Shown piece by piece: positions 19,254 to 27,923 of a stretch of 64,000 nt of DNA (its first letter is position 1; every line of letters starts with the position of its first letter). The stretch comes from Sideroxydans sp. Its GTDB lineage: Bacteria > Pseudomonadota > Gammaproteobacteria > Burkholderiales > Gallionellaceae. Position numbers and translations under genes: made by a program. The DNA is taken from positions 6,535 through 70,534 of the forward strand of contig JAYTUW010000043.1 in assembly GCA_043744345.1 (NCBI GenBank), given 5' to 3'. The notes beneath the pieces are model-generated. The model was not told where the DNA came from and did not search any database. It worked only from the letters and a program-made list of their open reading frames with translations.

Positions 19254-19567
19254 CGTTGGTTGGCGGTAATCAGATCGCGCACGGAGTCGATCAAACGATC
19301 GGCCACTACACCCGAATTCACCTTGAACCGCCCCTCACTGATAGCTTGCTTGATCTCGGCCACCTTGTGTGTGTCGACCAGCGGGGTGCTGGCGATGCTG
19401 CCCTCGATGCTGCGCAACTGTGCCGTGGTCGTGCCCAGATGCACGCTGGTTCCGCTGTCTTCGGTAGCGGCGGTCTTGTTGCCCGTGGCTCGCGCGGTTT
19501 GGTTGCGCGAGCTTGCTTCTCCAACGGTGGAGGCTGGCGACGGACTGTTGGTTTTTTCGATTTTCAT
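19250..19567 (-). CDS. flgM: Anti-sigma-28 factor FlgM
   Basis: This 105-aa protein has a disordered N-terminal half. The conserved C-terminus reads VDTHKVAEIKQAISEGRFKVNSGVVADRLIDSVRDLI. Confidence 0.85.
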   Translation of the reverse strand: MKIEKTNSPSPASTVGEASSRNQTARATGNKTAATEDSGTSVHLGTTTAQLRSIEGSIASTPLVDTHKVAEIKQAISEGRFKVNSGVVADRLIDSVRDLITANQR

Positions 19568-19603
19568 TGGGGTATCCCCTTCACTCTGACTCGGTTATAC
19601 ACA

Positions 19604-19630
19604 TCATCGGCAGGCGTCTGGAAAACTTTA
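19604..19630 (-). promoter_or_regulatory. Sigma-28 (FliA) promoter of flgMN
   Basis: The minus strand reads TAAAGTTT-N11-GCCGATGA (consensus TAAAGTTT-N11-GCCGATAA). The -10 element ends 36 nt upstream of the flgM ATG. Confidence 0.65.
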
Positions 19631-19673
19631 GGGCGCTTCGTTGAATGTGTCCATTATATAAGCGATAGCTGCA

Positions 19674-20363
19674 TCACGGGCGCACATCCACACAGCCGTC
19701 TGCCGCTGCAATGCCGGAAATCACCTGGCCCGAAGCCATGCGTACCTGCACGGCCTGACCTTCCGCACCGCTGTTAAGAGCCTGTCCCGCTGAACGGACG
19801 GAAAATCCGGTGCTATTCACCCGGACCTGGGTCGTTTGCCCCTGGGTCACGACGAAGGGGGCGCGCAACATGTCCTGGCGCAACACCTGTCCTGCTCCGA
19901 TGCCGAATTTGAGGGTTTTGCCGATGGCCTGGGCAGGATCGGTGAGGATGCCGGGCTGTCCCAGCTCGCCGCTTTGCAGGCTGAAATCACCCGAGCCCAA
20001 TACCGAGTTCTGTGCCAGTGGCCGGTTGGCGACCAGCAAGGTGGCGCTGACGCGGATGGTGGCCTGCACGAAGATGGACCAGCCCGGTTTCTCGTTGCAG
20101 CGCACACCGATACTGGTCTTGCCGATCTGCTGGGCCCCTGCCGGGGTGTAGGCCTCCGGTGCGGCACAGGCGCGCAGGGTCACGCGCGGGTCGATCTCGC
20201 CGATCTGGATGCTGACTTTGCCGGGCAACGTCCGGGTCTGCTGTTGGGCGTAAGCAAGTGCTATCTCGCGTATTCGCGCATGGCTCTGCGTCGCGGCGGC
20301 CTGGGCGGGCGGGCACAGCAGAAGTGTCGCAAGTAGCGCTAAAACAAGGTTTTTCATGTCCAT
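19674..20363 (-). CDS. flgA: Flagellar P-ring assembly chaperone FlgA
   Basis: It has a signal peptide (LLATLLLCPPAQA) and an SAF-like C-terminus (GQVLRQDMLRAPFVVTQGQTTQVRV...GQAVQVRMASGQVISG). It is divergent from flgB. Confidence 0.85.
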   Translation of the reverse strand: MDMKNLVLALLATLLLCPPAQAAATQSHARIREIALAYAQQQTRTLPGKVSIQIGEIDPRVTLRACAAPEAYTPAGAQQIGKTSIGVRCNEKPGWSIFVQATIRVSATLLVANRPLAQNSVLGSGDFSLQSGELGQPGILTDPAQAIGKTLKFGIGAGQVLRQDMLRAPFVVTQGQTTQVRVNSTGFSVRSAGQALNSGAEGQAVQVRMASGQVISGIAAADGCVDVRP

Positions 20364-20498
20364 ATTGTGGAACTGAAAGGGGTTTTCTAAAGGCGGAAAT
20401 AAAACGGGTTTCCACTCTTAATCGCGGGATGGGGGGTGACGCCCGGTGATTAGTATGCAAGACGTGAGGAAAGCCTCGAATCGGGGCGGGAGGGCAAG

Positions 20499-20903
20499 AT
20501 GAGCGGCAGGATAGACGATATGTTCCGGTTACACCAGACAGCCCTGAACCTGCGGGCTGCGCGGCAGGAATTGCTGGCGTCCAACATCGCCAATGCGGAT
20601 ACGCCGAACTACAAGGCGCGCGATATCGATTTCGCCAGTGCCCTGCAAGGCGCGATGACGGGCAGCGGCGACAAGTTGTCGGTGGCGACGACTTCGGCGG
20701 CGCACCTGTCGGGCGCAACGGGTTCGAGTGTCATGGGTGCGCCGGTGATGTACCGCAATCCCGTGCAGCCGAGTGCGGACGGCAACACGGTGGATATGGA
20801 TGTGGAGCGGGCCCAGTTCGCCGACAACGCGTTGCGCTACGAGGCCAGTGTTCGATTCGTGAGCGATGAAGCCAAGGATGTCCTGGCGGCGTTGCAAGGC
20901 TGA
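20499..20903 (+). CDS. flgB: Flagellar proximal rod protein FlgB
   Basis: The N-terminal rod motif is LRAARQELLASNIANADTPNYKARDIDF. Confidence 0.9.
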   Translation: MSGRIDDMFRLHQTALNLRAARQELLASNIANADTPNYKARDIDFASALQGAMTGSGDKLSVATTSAAHLSGATGSSVMGAPVMYRNPVQPSADGNTVDMDVERAQFADNALRYEASVRFVSDEAKDVLAALQG

Positions 20904-20910
20904 ATTAAAG

Positions 20911-20967
20911 ATTGTTTTTCTCGTTTGCCCTTTCTCCCGCTTGCGGGGGAAAGTTGGATAGGGGGAC
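20911..20967. repeat. ~55-bp palindromic intergenic element (copy 1, flgB-flgC spacer)
   Basis: The sequence ATTGTTTTTCTCGTTTGCCCTTTCTCCCGCTTGCGGGGGAAAGTTGGATAGGGGG has a near-identical copy in reverse orientation at 24973-25027. Confidence 0.85.
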
Positions 20968-20990
20968 GGGAGGAATAAAGGAGAAACAAA

Positions 20991-21395
20991 ATGTCACTAT
21001 TCAATATATTCAATATTTCCGGTTCCGCGATGACGGCGCAATCGCAGCGCCTCAACGTGGTGGCGAGCAATCTTGCCAACGTCGACAGCGCTACCGGGCC
21101 GGACGGCAAGCCCTATCACGCCAAGCAGGTTGTGTTCAGCACCGTACCCACTGCGGGGCAGGTCGGGTCGGGGGTGAAAGTTTCGGCAGTGGTCGAAGAC
21201 ACCTCGCCGATGAAAGTGGTTTATGACCCCAAGCATCCCCTGGCGGATGCACAGGGCTACGTGACCATGCCCAATGTCAATCCGGTGGACGAGATGGTGA
21301 ACATGATCTCGGCATCGCGGTCTTACCAGAACAACGTCGATGTCATGAACACGTCCAAGACATTGCTGCTCAAGACGCTCACCATCGGACAATAA
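20991..21395 (+). CDS. flgC: Flagellar proximal rod protein FlgC
   Basis: The N-terminus is [33 protein letters not shown]. The C-terminus is [19 protein letters not shown]. Confidence 0.93.
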   Translation: MSLFNIFNISGSAMTAQSQRLNVVASNLANVDSATGPDGKPYHAKQVVFSTVPTAGQVGSGVKVSAVVEDTSPMKVVYDPKHPLADAQGYVTMPNVNPVDEMVNMISASRSYQNNVDVMNTSKTLLLKTLTIGQ

Positions 21396-21407
21396 AGGAG
21401 ATAGAAC

Positions 21408-22067
21408 ATGACCACGGTAACTTCCTCCACTGCCACGCAAACGGCTGCCGCCGCGGCAACGGCGACATCGCAGGCGGGCTTGACCCAGGATCGCTTCCTG
21501 AAACTGCTGGTGACACAGATGAAGAACCAGGATCCGCTCAACCCGATGGATAACGCGCAGGTCACTTCGCAGATGGCGCAGCTCTCCACGGTGACGGGCA
21601 TCGACAAATTGAACGCGACGGTGCAGGCGCTGAGCACCAGCATGGCATCGGCGCAATCCCTGCAGGCCGCTTCCATGATCGGTCATGCGGCATTGGTACC
21701 CGGCAAGGAGATTGATCTGCTGAAAGGCAGTTCGGATGCGGCGGTCGAATTGACGCAACCGGCGGACAAGGTCACGGTGACGATCTCGGATTCCAAGGGC
21801 AACGTCGTGCGCACCCTGCAGTTGGGTGCGCAGGATTCCGCGGGGATCGTCGGATTCAAATGGGATGGAATGAACGACAGCGGCACGGCGGTGGCGGACG
21901 GCGCATACAAATTCACCGCCACGGCCACGCTGGATGGCAAGAGCACCAGCCCGACGACGTTGTCATATGGTTTGGTGAACAGCGTGTCGCTGACTTCCAG
22001 CGGTGCCCTGTTGAATATGGGTTCGCTCGGTGAAGTGGGGCTGGATGCAGTCCGGCAGATTTTGTGA
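21408..22067 (+). CDS. flgD: Flagellar hook capping/assembly protein FlgD
   Basis: The motif FLKLLVTQMKNQDPLNPMDN is present, followed by a FlgD Ig-like C-terminal half. Confidence 0.9.
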   Translation: MTTVTSSTATQTAAAAATATSQAGLTQDRFLKLLVTQMKNQDPLNPMDNAQVTSQMAQLSTVTGIDKLNATVQALSTSMASAQSLQAASMIGHAALVPGKEIDLLKGSSDAAVELTQPADKVTVTISDSKGNVVRTLQLGAQDSAGIVGFKWDGMNDSGTAVADGAYKFTATATLDGKSTSPTTLSYGLVNSVSLTSSGALLNMGSLGEVGLDAVRQIL

Positions 22068-22115
22068 TGTGTTTCGCGCCAACAGCGTGTGCAAGCTACT
22101 AATTAGGAGGATGTC

Positions 22116-23339
22116 ATGGGTTTCCAACAAGGTCTGAGCGGTCTGAATGCAGCAGCCAAGAGTCTGGATGTAATCGGCAACAACATCGCCAACGCCAGCA
22201 CCGTCGGCTTCAAACAATCACAGGCGCAATTCGCCGATGTGTACGCCAACTCGCTGGCCGGCTCCGGCGGCGGGCAGGCCGGTATCGGTGTGCGGGTGGG
22301 GACGGTGGCGCAACAGTTCACCCAGGGCAACATCACCACCACCAACAACTCGCTGGATATGGCGATCAGCGGCGGCGGTTTTTTCCGCATGAGCAATAAC
22401 GGTTCCATCACCTATTCGCGCAACGGACAGTTTGAGCTGGACCGCAGCGGCTATGTCGTCAACAGCCAGGGCTATCGTGTGACCGGTTACATGCCGAATG
22501 CGGCCGGGGTGATCGTTCCGACGGCTCCCGCGGATATCCTGATCTCCACCGCCGACCTGTTGCCGAACCCGACAACGACTGTCTCGGCCGGACTGAATCT
22601 GAATGCCAACGCGGCGATCATCCCGGCGGTTCCCGCTTTCGATCCGACCAATCCGGCAACTTTCACCAATTCCACTTCGTCGACGATCTATGACAGCCTC
22701 GGGGGCAGCCATGTCGCTTCGTTATTTTTTGTAAAGACCGGGGTCAATGCCTGGAATTCCTATCTGACTGTGGACGGGGTCAACACGCAGGCAGGCAATG
22801 CGCCGTTGACGGCAATGACCTTCAACACCAACGGCACGCTGGCGACACCGGCAATAGCGGTGACTTCGGCCCCGTTCACGCCGGCCGGTGCGGCAGCGCA
22901 GACGTTGAGTCTTAACTTTGCCTCCACATCGCAGTTTGGCAGTGCGTTCGGTGTGAATGCCCTGAATCAGAACGGCTTCACGTCGGGCCATATGACCGGA
23001 TTCAGCACGGGGGCGGACGGCGTTATCGCAGGTCGCTATTCCAACGGCCAGACCCGTACATTGGGTCAGGTGGTACTGGCTAACTTCAGCAATGCCCAGG
23101 GTTTGCAGCCATTGGGCGGCAACCAGTGGGCAGAGACAGCCACCTCAGGCAATCCGCTGGTGGGAACACCGGGATCGGCCAGCCTGGGGGTATTGCAGAC
23201 TTCCGCCGTGGAAGATTCCAACGTGGACCTGACCGCGGAGCTGGTGAACATGATCACCGCACAGCGTGTGTATCAGGCCAACGCGCAGACGGTGAAGACG
23301 CAGGACCAGGTGCTGCAGACTATCGTGAACCTGAGATAA
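22116..23339 (+). CDS. flgE: Flagellar hook protein FlgE
   Basis: The N-terminus is MGFQQGLSGLNAAAKSLDVIGNNIANASTVGFK. The C-terminus is VDLTAELVNMITAQRVYQANAQTVKTQDQVL. Confidence 0.93.
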   Translation: MGFQQGLSGLNAAAKSLDVIGNNIANASTVGFKQSQAQFADVYANSLAGSGGGQAGIGVRVGTVAQQFTQGNITTTNNSLDMAISGGGFFRMSNNGSITYSRNGQFELDRSGYVVNSQGYRVTGYMPNAAGVIVPTAPADILISTADLLPNPTTTVSAGLNLNANAAIIPAVPAFDPTNPATFTNSTSSTIYDSLGGSHVASLFFVKTGVNAWNSYLTVDGVNTQAGNAPLTAMTFNTNGTLATPAIAVTSAPFTPAGAAAQTLSLNFASTSQFGSAFGVNALNQNGFTSGHMTGFSTGADGVIAGRYSNGQTRTLGQVVLANFSNAQGLQPLGGNQWAETATSGNPLVGTPGSASLGVLQTSAVEDSNVDLTAELVNMITAQRVYQANAQTVKTQDQVLQTIVNLR

Positions 23340-23367
23340 GAATCTGCATCTGCATTAGGAGAACGAC

Positions 23368-24111
23368 ATGGACAGGCTGATCTACACCGCGATGACCGGT
23401 GCCTCGCACACCCTGCAGCAGCAGGCATCGGTGTCGCAGAATCTGGCCAACGTCAACACACCGGGGTTCCGCGCCAGCATAGACGCATTCCGCGCGGTGC
23501 CGTTGGTCGGTGCGGGTTTGCCGACGCGCACTTTCGTGGTCGATTCGACAGCGGGTACCGATTTCTCGGCGGGCGTCATGCAAACCACCGGGCGCGATCT
23601 CGATGTGGCCATCGACGGCAAAGGCTGGATCGCGGTAGAGGATGCCAACGGCAACGAAGCCTATACGCGCAACGGCAGTTTCAAGGTGCTGCCCAACGGC
23701 ATCCTGCAGACCAACAGCGGAATGAACGTGATGGGTGATGGCGGACCGATCACCATTCCGCCGGATACTGCGGTGAGCATTGCCAAGGACGGCACCATCT
23801 CGACCGTCCCCAGCACCAGCCAGAAGAACACGGTGATCGTGGTCGGTCGGCTCAAATTGACCAATCCGCCGGAAGAGCAACTGGTGCGCGGCGAGGATTC
23901 ACTGTTCCGCACCAAGGACGGCAACCCGGCAGATGCCGATGCCAAGGTGACCGTGATGTCCGGCAGTCTGGAAGGAAGCAACGTGAACACCGTCGAAGCG
24001 ATGGTCAACATGATCACGCTGGCCCGCCAGTTCGACATGCAGATGAAGATGTTGCAAACGGCTGACAACAACGCCAAAACAGCCAGCGGCCTTCTGTCGA
24101 TCAGCGGCTGA
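23368..24111 (+). CDS. flgF: Flagellar proximal rod protein FlgF
   Basis: The N-terminus is MDRLIYTAMTGASHTLQQQASVSQNLANVNTPGFR. The C-terminus is EAMVNMITLARQFDMQMK. Confidence 0.9.
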   Translation: MDRLIYTAMTGASHTLQQQASVSQNLANVNTPGFRASIDAFRAVPLVGAGLPTRTFVVDSTAGTDFSAGVMQTTGRDLDVAIDGKGWIAVEDANGNEAYTRNGSFKVLPNGILQTNSGMNVMGDGGPITIPPDTAVSIAKDGTISTVPSTSQKNTVIVVGRLKLTNPPEEQLVRGEDSLFRTKDGNPADADAKVTVMSGSLEGSNVNTVEAMVNMITLARQFDMQMKMLQTADNNAKTASGLLSISG

Positions 24112-24132
24112 TAATTTAAAAGGATACTCATC

Positions 24133-24915
24133 ATGATTCGCTCCCTGTGGATTTCCAAGACTGGTCTTGAAGCGCAACAGACGCAGATGGACGTGATCTC
24201 CAATAACCTGGCCAACGTCAGCACCAACGGATTCAAACGGTCGCGCGCGATATTCGAGGATCTGCTGTACCAGAACATCCGCCAGCCCGGCGCGCAGTCG
24301 TCGCAGCAGACACAGGTGCCTTCGGGACTGCAGATCGGTACCGGTGTTCGCCCCGTCGCGGCTGAGCGTGTGCACACCCAGGGCAATCTGCAACAGACCA
24401 GCAACCTGCTGGATGTGGCGGTTCAGGGTTCGGGATTCTTCCAGGTGCTGATGCCGGACGGAACGACGGCCTACACACGCGACGGCTCCTTTCAGCGCGA
24501 CAACCAGGGACAGATCGTGACTTCCAACGGCTTCGTGGTGCAACCGGCGATCACCATCCCGGCCAATGCCACCACGGTCACCATCGGCCAGGACGGTGTG
24601 GTCACGGTCACGCAACCCGGCGTGGCCGCGCCGGTGCAGGTGGGCAGTCTGCAACTCGCGACGTTCATCAATCCGTCCGGTCTGGAGAGCATGGGGCAGA
24701 ACCTGTACCTGGAAACGGCCTCGTCCGGCACACCCAGCACCAACGTGCCGGGCACCAACGGCGCGGGTACGCTGAGCCAGGGCTATGTGGAAACATCCAA
24801 CGTGAACGTGGTGGAAGAACTGGTGAACATGATCCAGACGCAGCGCGCGTACGAGATCAATTCCAAGGCGATCTCCACCTCGGATCAGATGCTGCAGAAA
24901 CTGTCGCAGATGTGA
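24133..24915 (+). CDS. flgG: Flagellar distal rod protein FlgG
   Basis: The N-terminus is [35 protein letters not shown]. The C-terminus is [25 protein letters not shown]. Confidence 0.95.
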   Translation: MIRSLWISKTGLEAQQTQMDVISNNLANVSTNGFKRSRAIFEDLLYQNIRQPGAQSSQQTQVPSGLQIGTGVRPVAAERVHTQGNLQQTSNLLDVAVQGSGFFQVLMPDGTTAYTRDGSFQRDNQGQIVTSNGFVVQPAITIPANATTVTIGQDGVVTVTQPGVAAPVQVGSLQLATFINPSGLESMGQNLYLETASSGTPSTNVPGTNGAGTLSQGYVETSNVNVVEELVNMIQTQRAYEINSKAISTSDQMLQKLSQM

Positions 24916-24972
24916 TGCAATGAAAAGCGCGCTTGAAAATGCAATTGGAATAGTCGGCTTTCTGCTCGGGAA

Positions 24973-25027
24973 CCCCCTATCCAACTTTCCCCCGCAAGCG
25001 GGAGAAAGAGCAAACGTGAAAAGCAAT
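24973..25027. repeat. ~55-bp palindromic intergenic element (copy 2, inverted, flgG-flgH spacer)
   Basis: Its reverse complement, ATTGCTTTTCACGTTTGCTCTTTCTCCCGCTTGCGGGGGAAAGTTGGATAGGGGG, matches 20911-20967 at all but a few positions. Confidence 0.85.
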
Positions 25028-25048
25028 CTTCAATTGTTGAGGCTAATC

Positions 25049-25726
25049 ATGCGTAACCCAATCGGAACAATCTGGTTGTTGGCAGCAGCGGCGCTGCTAA
25101 CTGCCTGTGTGCCTTCCACCAATATCAAGCAACCCTTGACGGCGCGTCCGCTACCGAGAGACGCGCAGTTGGCGGAGCGCAACGGATCCATCTACCAGCC
25201 GGGCGTGAACGAACGCCCGCTGTTCGAGGACAGGCGCGCGCGCAATATCGGCGACGTGCTGATCATCAATATTGTCGAGACGACCTCGGCTTCCGGCAAG
25301 TCCGGGCACACCGACGACAACAGCGGCAGCATCGCGCTCAGCACACCGCTGGTGGTCGGCGGCGCGGCAGGACAGACCATACAGACATCGTTTGGCGCAG
25401 CCGGCAGCAGCAGCGTCAAATCTTCCGGCAAGAGCGACAGTTCGGGCAGCAACACCTTTTCCGGTGCGATCACCGTGACCGTGACCGAGGTACTGGCCAA
25501 CGGCAATCTGCGCGTGGCGGGTGAGAAGCAGGTGGCGATCAAGCTGTCCGAGGAGTATGTGCGCTTCTCCGGCGTGGTGAATCCGGCCACCATCAGCGGC
25601 AGCAATACCGTGCAGTCCACCCAGGTGGCGGATGTGCATGTCGAATACAAGGGGGCCAACAACATCGACACGGCGGCGGTGGCCAGTATGTTCAACCGCA
25701 TCTTCTTCTCGGTGTTGCCCTTTTAA
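25049..25726 (+). CDS. flgH: Flagellar L-ring lipoprotein FlgH
   Basis: The internal ATG gives MRNPIGTIWLLAAAALLTAC, which contains a lipobox. The track ORF's 5' extension runs through the repeat element and was rejected. The FlgH core motifs IGDVLIINIVE and ITVTVTEVLANGNL are present. Confidence 0.88.
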   Translation: MRNPIGTIWLLAAAALLTACVPSTNIKQPLTARPLPRDAQLAERNGSIYQPGVNERPLFEDRRARNIGDVLIINIVETTSASGKSGHTDDNSGSIALSTPLVVGGAAGQTIQTSFGAAGSSSVKSSGKSDSSGSNTFSGAITVTVTEVLANGNLRVAGEKQVAIKLSEEYVRFSGVVNPATISGSNTVQSTQVADVHVEYKGANNIDTAAVASMFNRIFFSVLPF

Positions 25727-25862
25727 CGATCAAGGCGCAGGAGACAGCTGAAATGAATCGAATCTGCACCCTGATCGTTCCCTCACCCCCGTCCCCCCTC
25801 TCCCGGTGGGAGAGGGGTACAGTCTGTCGCTACGCGGGTTTTATGTATTACGAGGTGTCGTC

Positions 25863-26963
25863 ATGAAAATCAGATCATTCGCTTTTGCACTGTTGATGCT
25901 CGTTTCCCTGGGCGCGGCAGCGGAGCGCATCAAGGACCTGGCGACCGTGCTGGGCGTGCGCGACAACCAGTTGCTGGGCTACGGCATTGTGGTCGGTCTG
26001 GACGGTACGGGCGACCAGACCACGCAAACGCCGTTCACGGTGCAGAGCATTGTCACCATGCTGTCCCAGATGGGTGTGACGCTTCCGCCCGGCACCAGCC
26101 TGCAACTGAAGAACGTGGCCGCTGTCACCGTCACGGCCACATTGCCGCCGTTTGCCCGTCCCGGGCAGGCGTTAGACATCACCGTGTCGTCCATCGGCAA
26201 CGCCAAGAGCCTGCGCGGCGGTACGCTGCTGATGACACCCCTGAAGGGCGCCGACGGACAGGTGTATGCCATGGCGCAGGGCAATATGCTGGTAAGCGGA
26301 GCCGGTGCTGCAGCGGCAGGTTCCAAGGCTCAGGTCAACCATTTGAGCGTGGGGCGCATCCCCGGCGGCGCGACGGTGGAACGTTCCGTGCCGACTGCAC
26401 TGGGACAGGGTGACTACATCTATCTTGAATTGCATACGGCCGATTTCACGACCGCAGCACGTCTGGCGGACGTCATCGATCGCGAGATGGAGCCGCCAAA
26501 CGAGATCGCGTCGGCGCTGGACTCCCGCACCATACAAGTCAAGGCGCCGCTGGGTAATGCTCGCGTCGTGTTCATTTCGCGTATCGAGAACCTGCTGGTG
26601 GATGCGGCATCAGGCAGTGCCAGGGTCATTGTCAATGCGCGCACCGGCTCAGTGGTGATGAACCAGCATGTCTCGCTGGACGACTGTGCTGTTGCGCACG
26701 GTAATCTCACGGTGGTGATCAGTGCCGAAAATACAGTGAGCCAGCCCGCCCCGCTTTCGTCGGGGCAGACTGTGGCCGTCACCAATGCCACCATTGAGAT
26801 CAAGGCGGACAAGGGCAATCTGCTGCTGCTGAAACGCGGCGTGGATCTGGGTGATGTGGTCAAGGCACTCAATTCCATCGGTGCGACTCCGCAGGATATG
26901 CTGGCGGTCCTGCAGGCGATGAAAGCGTCCGGCGCTTTGCGTGCCGAGCTTGAGGTTATCTAG
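25863..26963 (+). CDS. flgI: Flagellar P-ring protein FlgI
   Basis: The signal peptide is MKIRSFAFALLMLVSLGAAA. It is followed by ERIKDLATVLGVRDNQLLGYGIVVGLDGTGD. Confidence 0.93.
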   Translation: MKIRSFAFALLMLVSLGAAAERIKDLATVLGVRDNQLLGYGIVVGLDGTGDQTTQTPFTVQSIVTMLSQMGVTLPPGTSLQLKNVAAVTVTATLPPFARPGQALDITVSSIGNAKSLRGGTLLMTPLKGADGQVYAMAQGNMLVSGAGAAAAGSKAQVNHLSVGRIPGGATVERSVPTALGQGDYIYLELHTADFTTAARLADVIDREMEPPNEIASALDSRTIQVKAPLGNARVVFISRIENLLVDAASGSARVIVNARTGSVVMNQHVSLDDCAVAHGNLTVVISAENTVSQPAPLSSGQTVAVTNATIEIKADKGNLLLLKRGVDLGDVVKALNSIGATPQDMLAVLQAMKASGALRAELEVI

Positions 26964-26974
26964 GGCCTTTTATC

Positions 26975-27859
26975 ATGGCGCTCCCGGGAACAGATATCGG
27001 AAGTCTGGCGGCCGACAGTCAGAGTCTGGCAAAACTGCGCATGCAGGCCAAACAGACACCGGACCAAGCGCTCAAGGCGGCGGCGCAGCAATTCGAATCC
27101 GTGTTTTTGAACATGATGCTGAAAAGCATGCGCGAAGCGACGCCGCAGGAAGGCATGTTCGATAGCGAGCAGACGCGGATGTTCACCGGCATGCTCGACC
27201 AGCAACTGGCGCAGACCATGTCGTCGCGCGGTGTGGGGCTGGCCGAGGTGATGGTGCGCCAGCTCAGTCATAACCAGCCTGCAGCAACGCCCACCACGGC
27301 ACCCGCCGCACCCGCGGCAAAGACGGTTGCTGTGCCGCAAGTCGCAACTCCGGTATCGAAGCCGGAAGCCACCGGCGGCATGCCGTCCCCCTACAAGTCG
27401 GACGTACAACAGGACTTTGTCGACAGGATGCGCCCGCATGCGGAACGCGCCAGCCTCAGCACGGGTATTCCAGCGCACCTCATCATGGGTCAGGCCGCGC
27501 TGGAAAGCGGCTGGGGCAAGCGCGAGATCAGGATGGCTGACGGCAGCGACAGCCACAACCTGTTCGGCATCAAAGCGGGCAAAGATTGGAATGGCAAAGT
27601 GGCGGAAGTGACCACCACCGAATACCACAATGGTGTCGCGAACAAGCAGGTGGAACGCTTCCGTGCGTACGGCTCCTATACCGAAGCATTTCAGGATTAC
27701 GCGAAATTCCTGAAAGATAACCCGCGCTACGGTGAGGTTTTGGGCAAGGGTGACGCGAAGGGCTTTGCACAGGGCTTGCAGCAAGCCGGATACGCCACCG
27801 ATCCGCAATATGCGAAGAAACTGGTGGGTGTGATCGGAAGCGTCAGGGCCAGAGCCTAA
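26975..27859 (+). CDS. flgJ: Flagellar rod assembly protein / muramidase FlgJ
   Basis: The N-terminal rod-binding motif is AAQQFESVFLNMMLKSMREA. The C-terminal glucosaminidase domain reads GIPAHLIMGQAALESGWGKRE...NLFGIK. Confidence 0.9.
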   Translation: MALPGTDIGSLAADSQSLAKLRMQAKQTPDQALKAAAQQFESVFLNMMLKSMREATPQEGMFDSEQTRMFTGMLDQQLAQTMSSRGVGLAEVMVRQLSHNQPAATPTTAPAAPAAKTVAVPQVATPVSKPEATGGMPSPYKSDVQQDFVDRMRPHAERASLSTGIPAHLIMGQAALESGWGKREIRMADGSDSHNLFGIKAGKDWNGKVAEVTTTEYHNGVANKQVERFRAYGSYTEAFQDYAKFLKDNPRYGEVLGKGDAKGFAQGLQQAGYATDPQYAKKLVGVIGSVRARA

Positions 27860-27883
27860 AGTTTGGTGGATTATTGCCGATAG
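27857..27883 (+). promoter_or_regulatory. Sigma-28 (FliA) promoter of flgKL
   Basis: The sequence TAAAGTTT-GGTGGATTATT-GCCGATAG has 15 of 16 consensus positions with an 11-nt spacer. It ends 40 nt upstream of the flgK ATG. The TAA of the -35 element is the flgJ stop codon. Confidence 0.7.
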
Positions 27884-27923
27884 ATTCACCAAGTAGAGCT
27901 GCCGAGCGGCAAAAGGACGGGAC

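Noticed and set aside
24920-25048. 5' extensions of track ORFs: flgH from 24920, flgI from 25806, motA from 14885, motB from 15616, fliW from 33928, ubiV to 39879, ubiU to 40909, fliF to 53890, fliN to 45654, and the TPR-OGT gene from 60775.
   Set aside because: The extensions run through intergenic repeats or hairpins or overlap the upstream gene. Internal ATGs give canonical N-termini (signal peptides, lipoboxes, family-typical first residues) with Shine-Dalgarno sequences or ATGA stop-start coupling.
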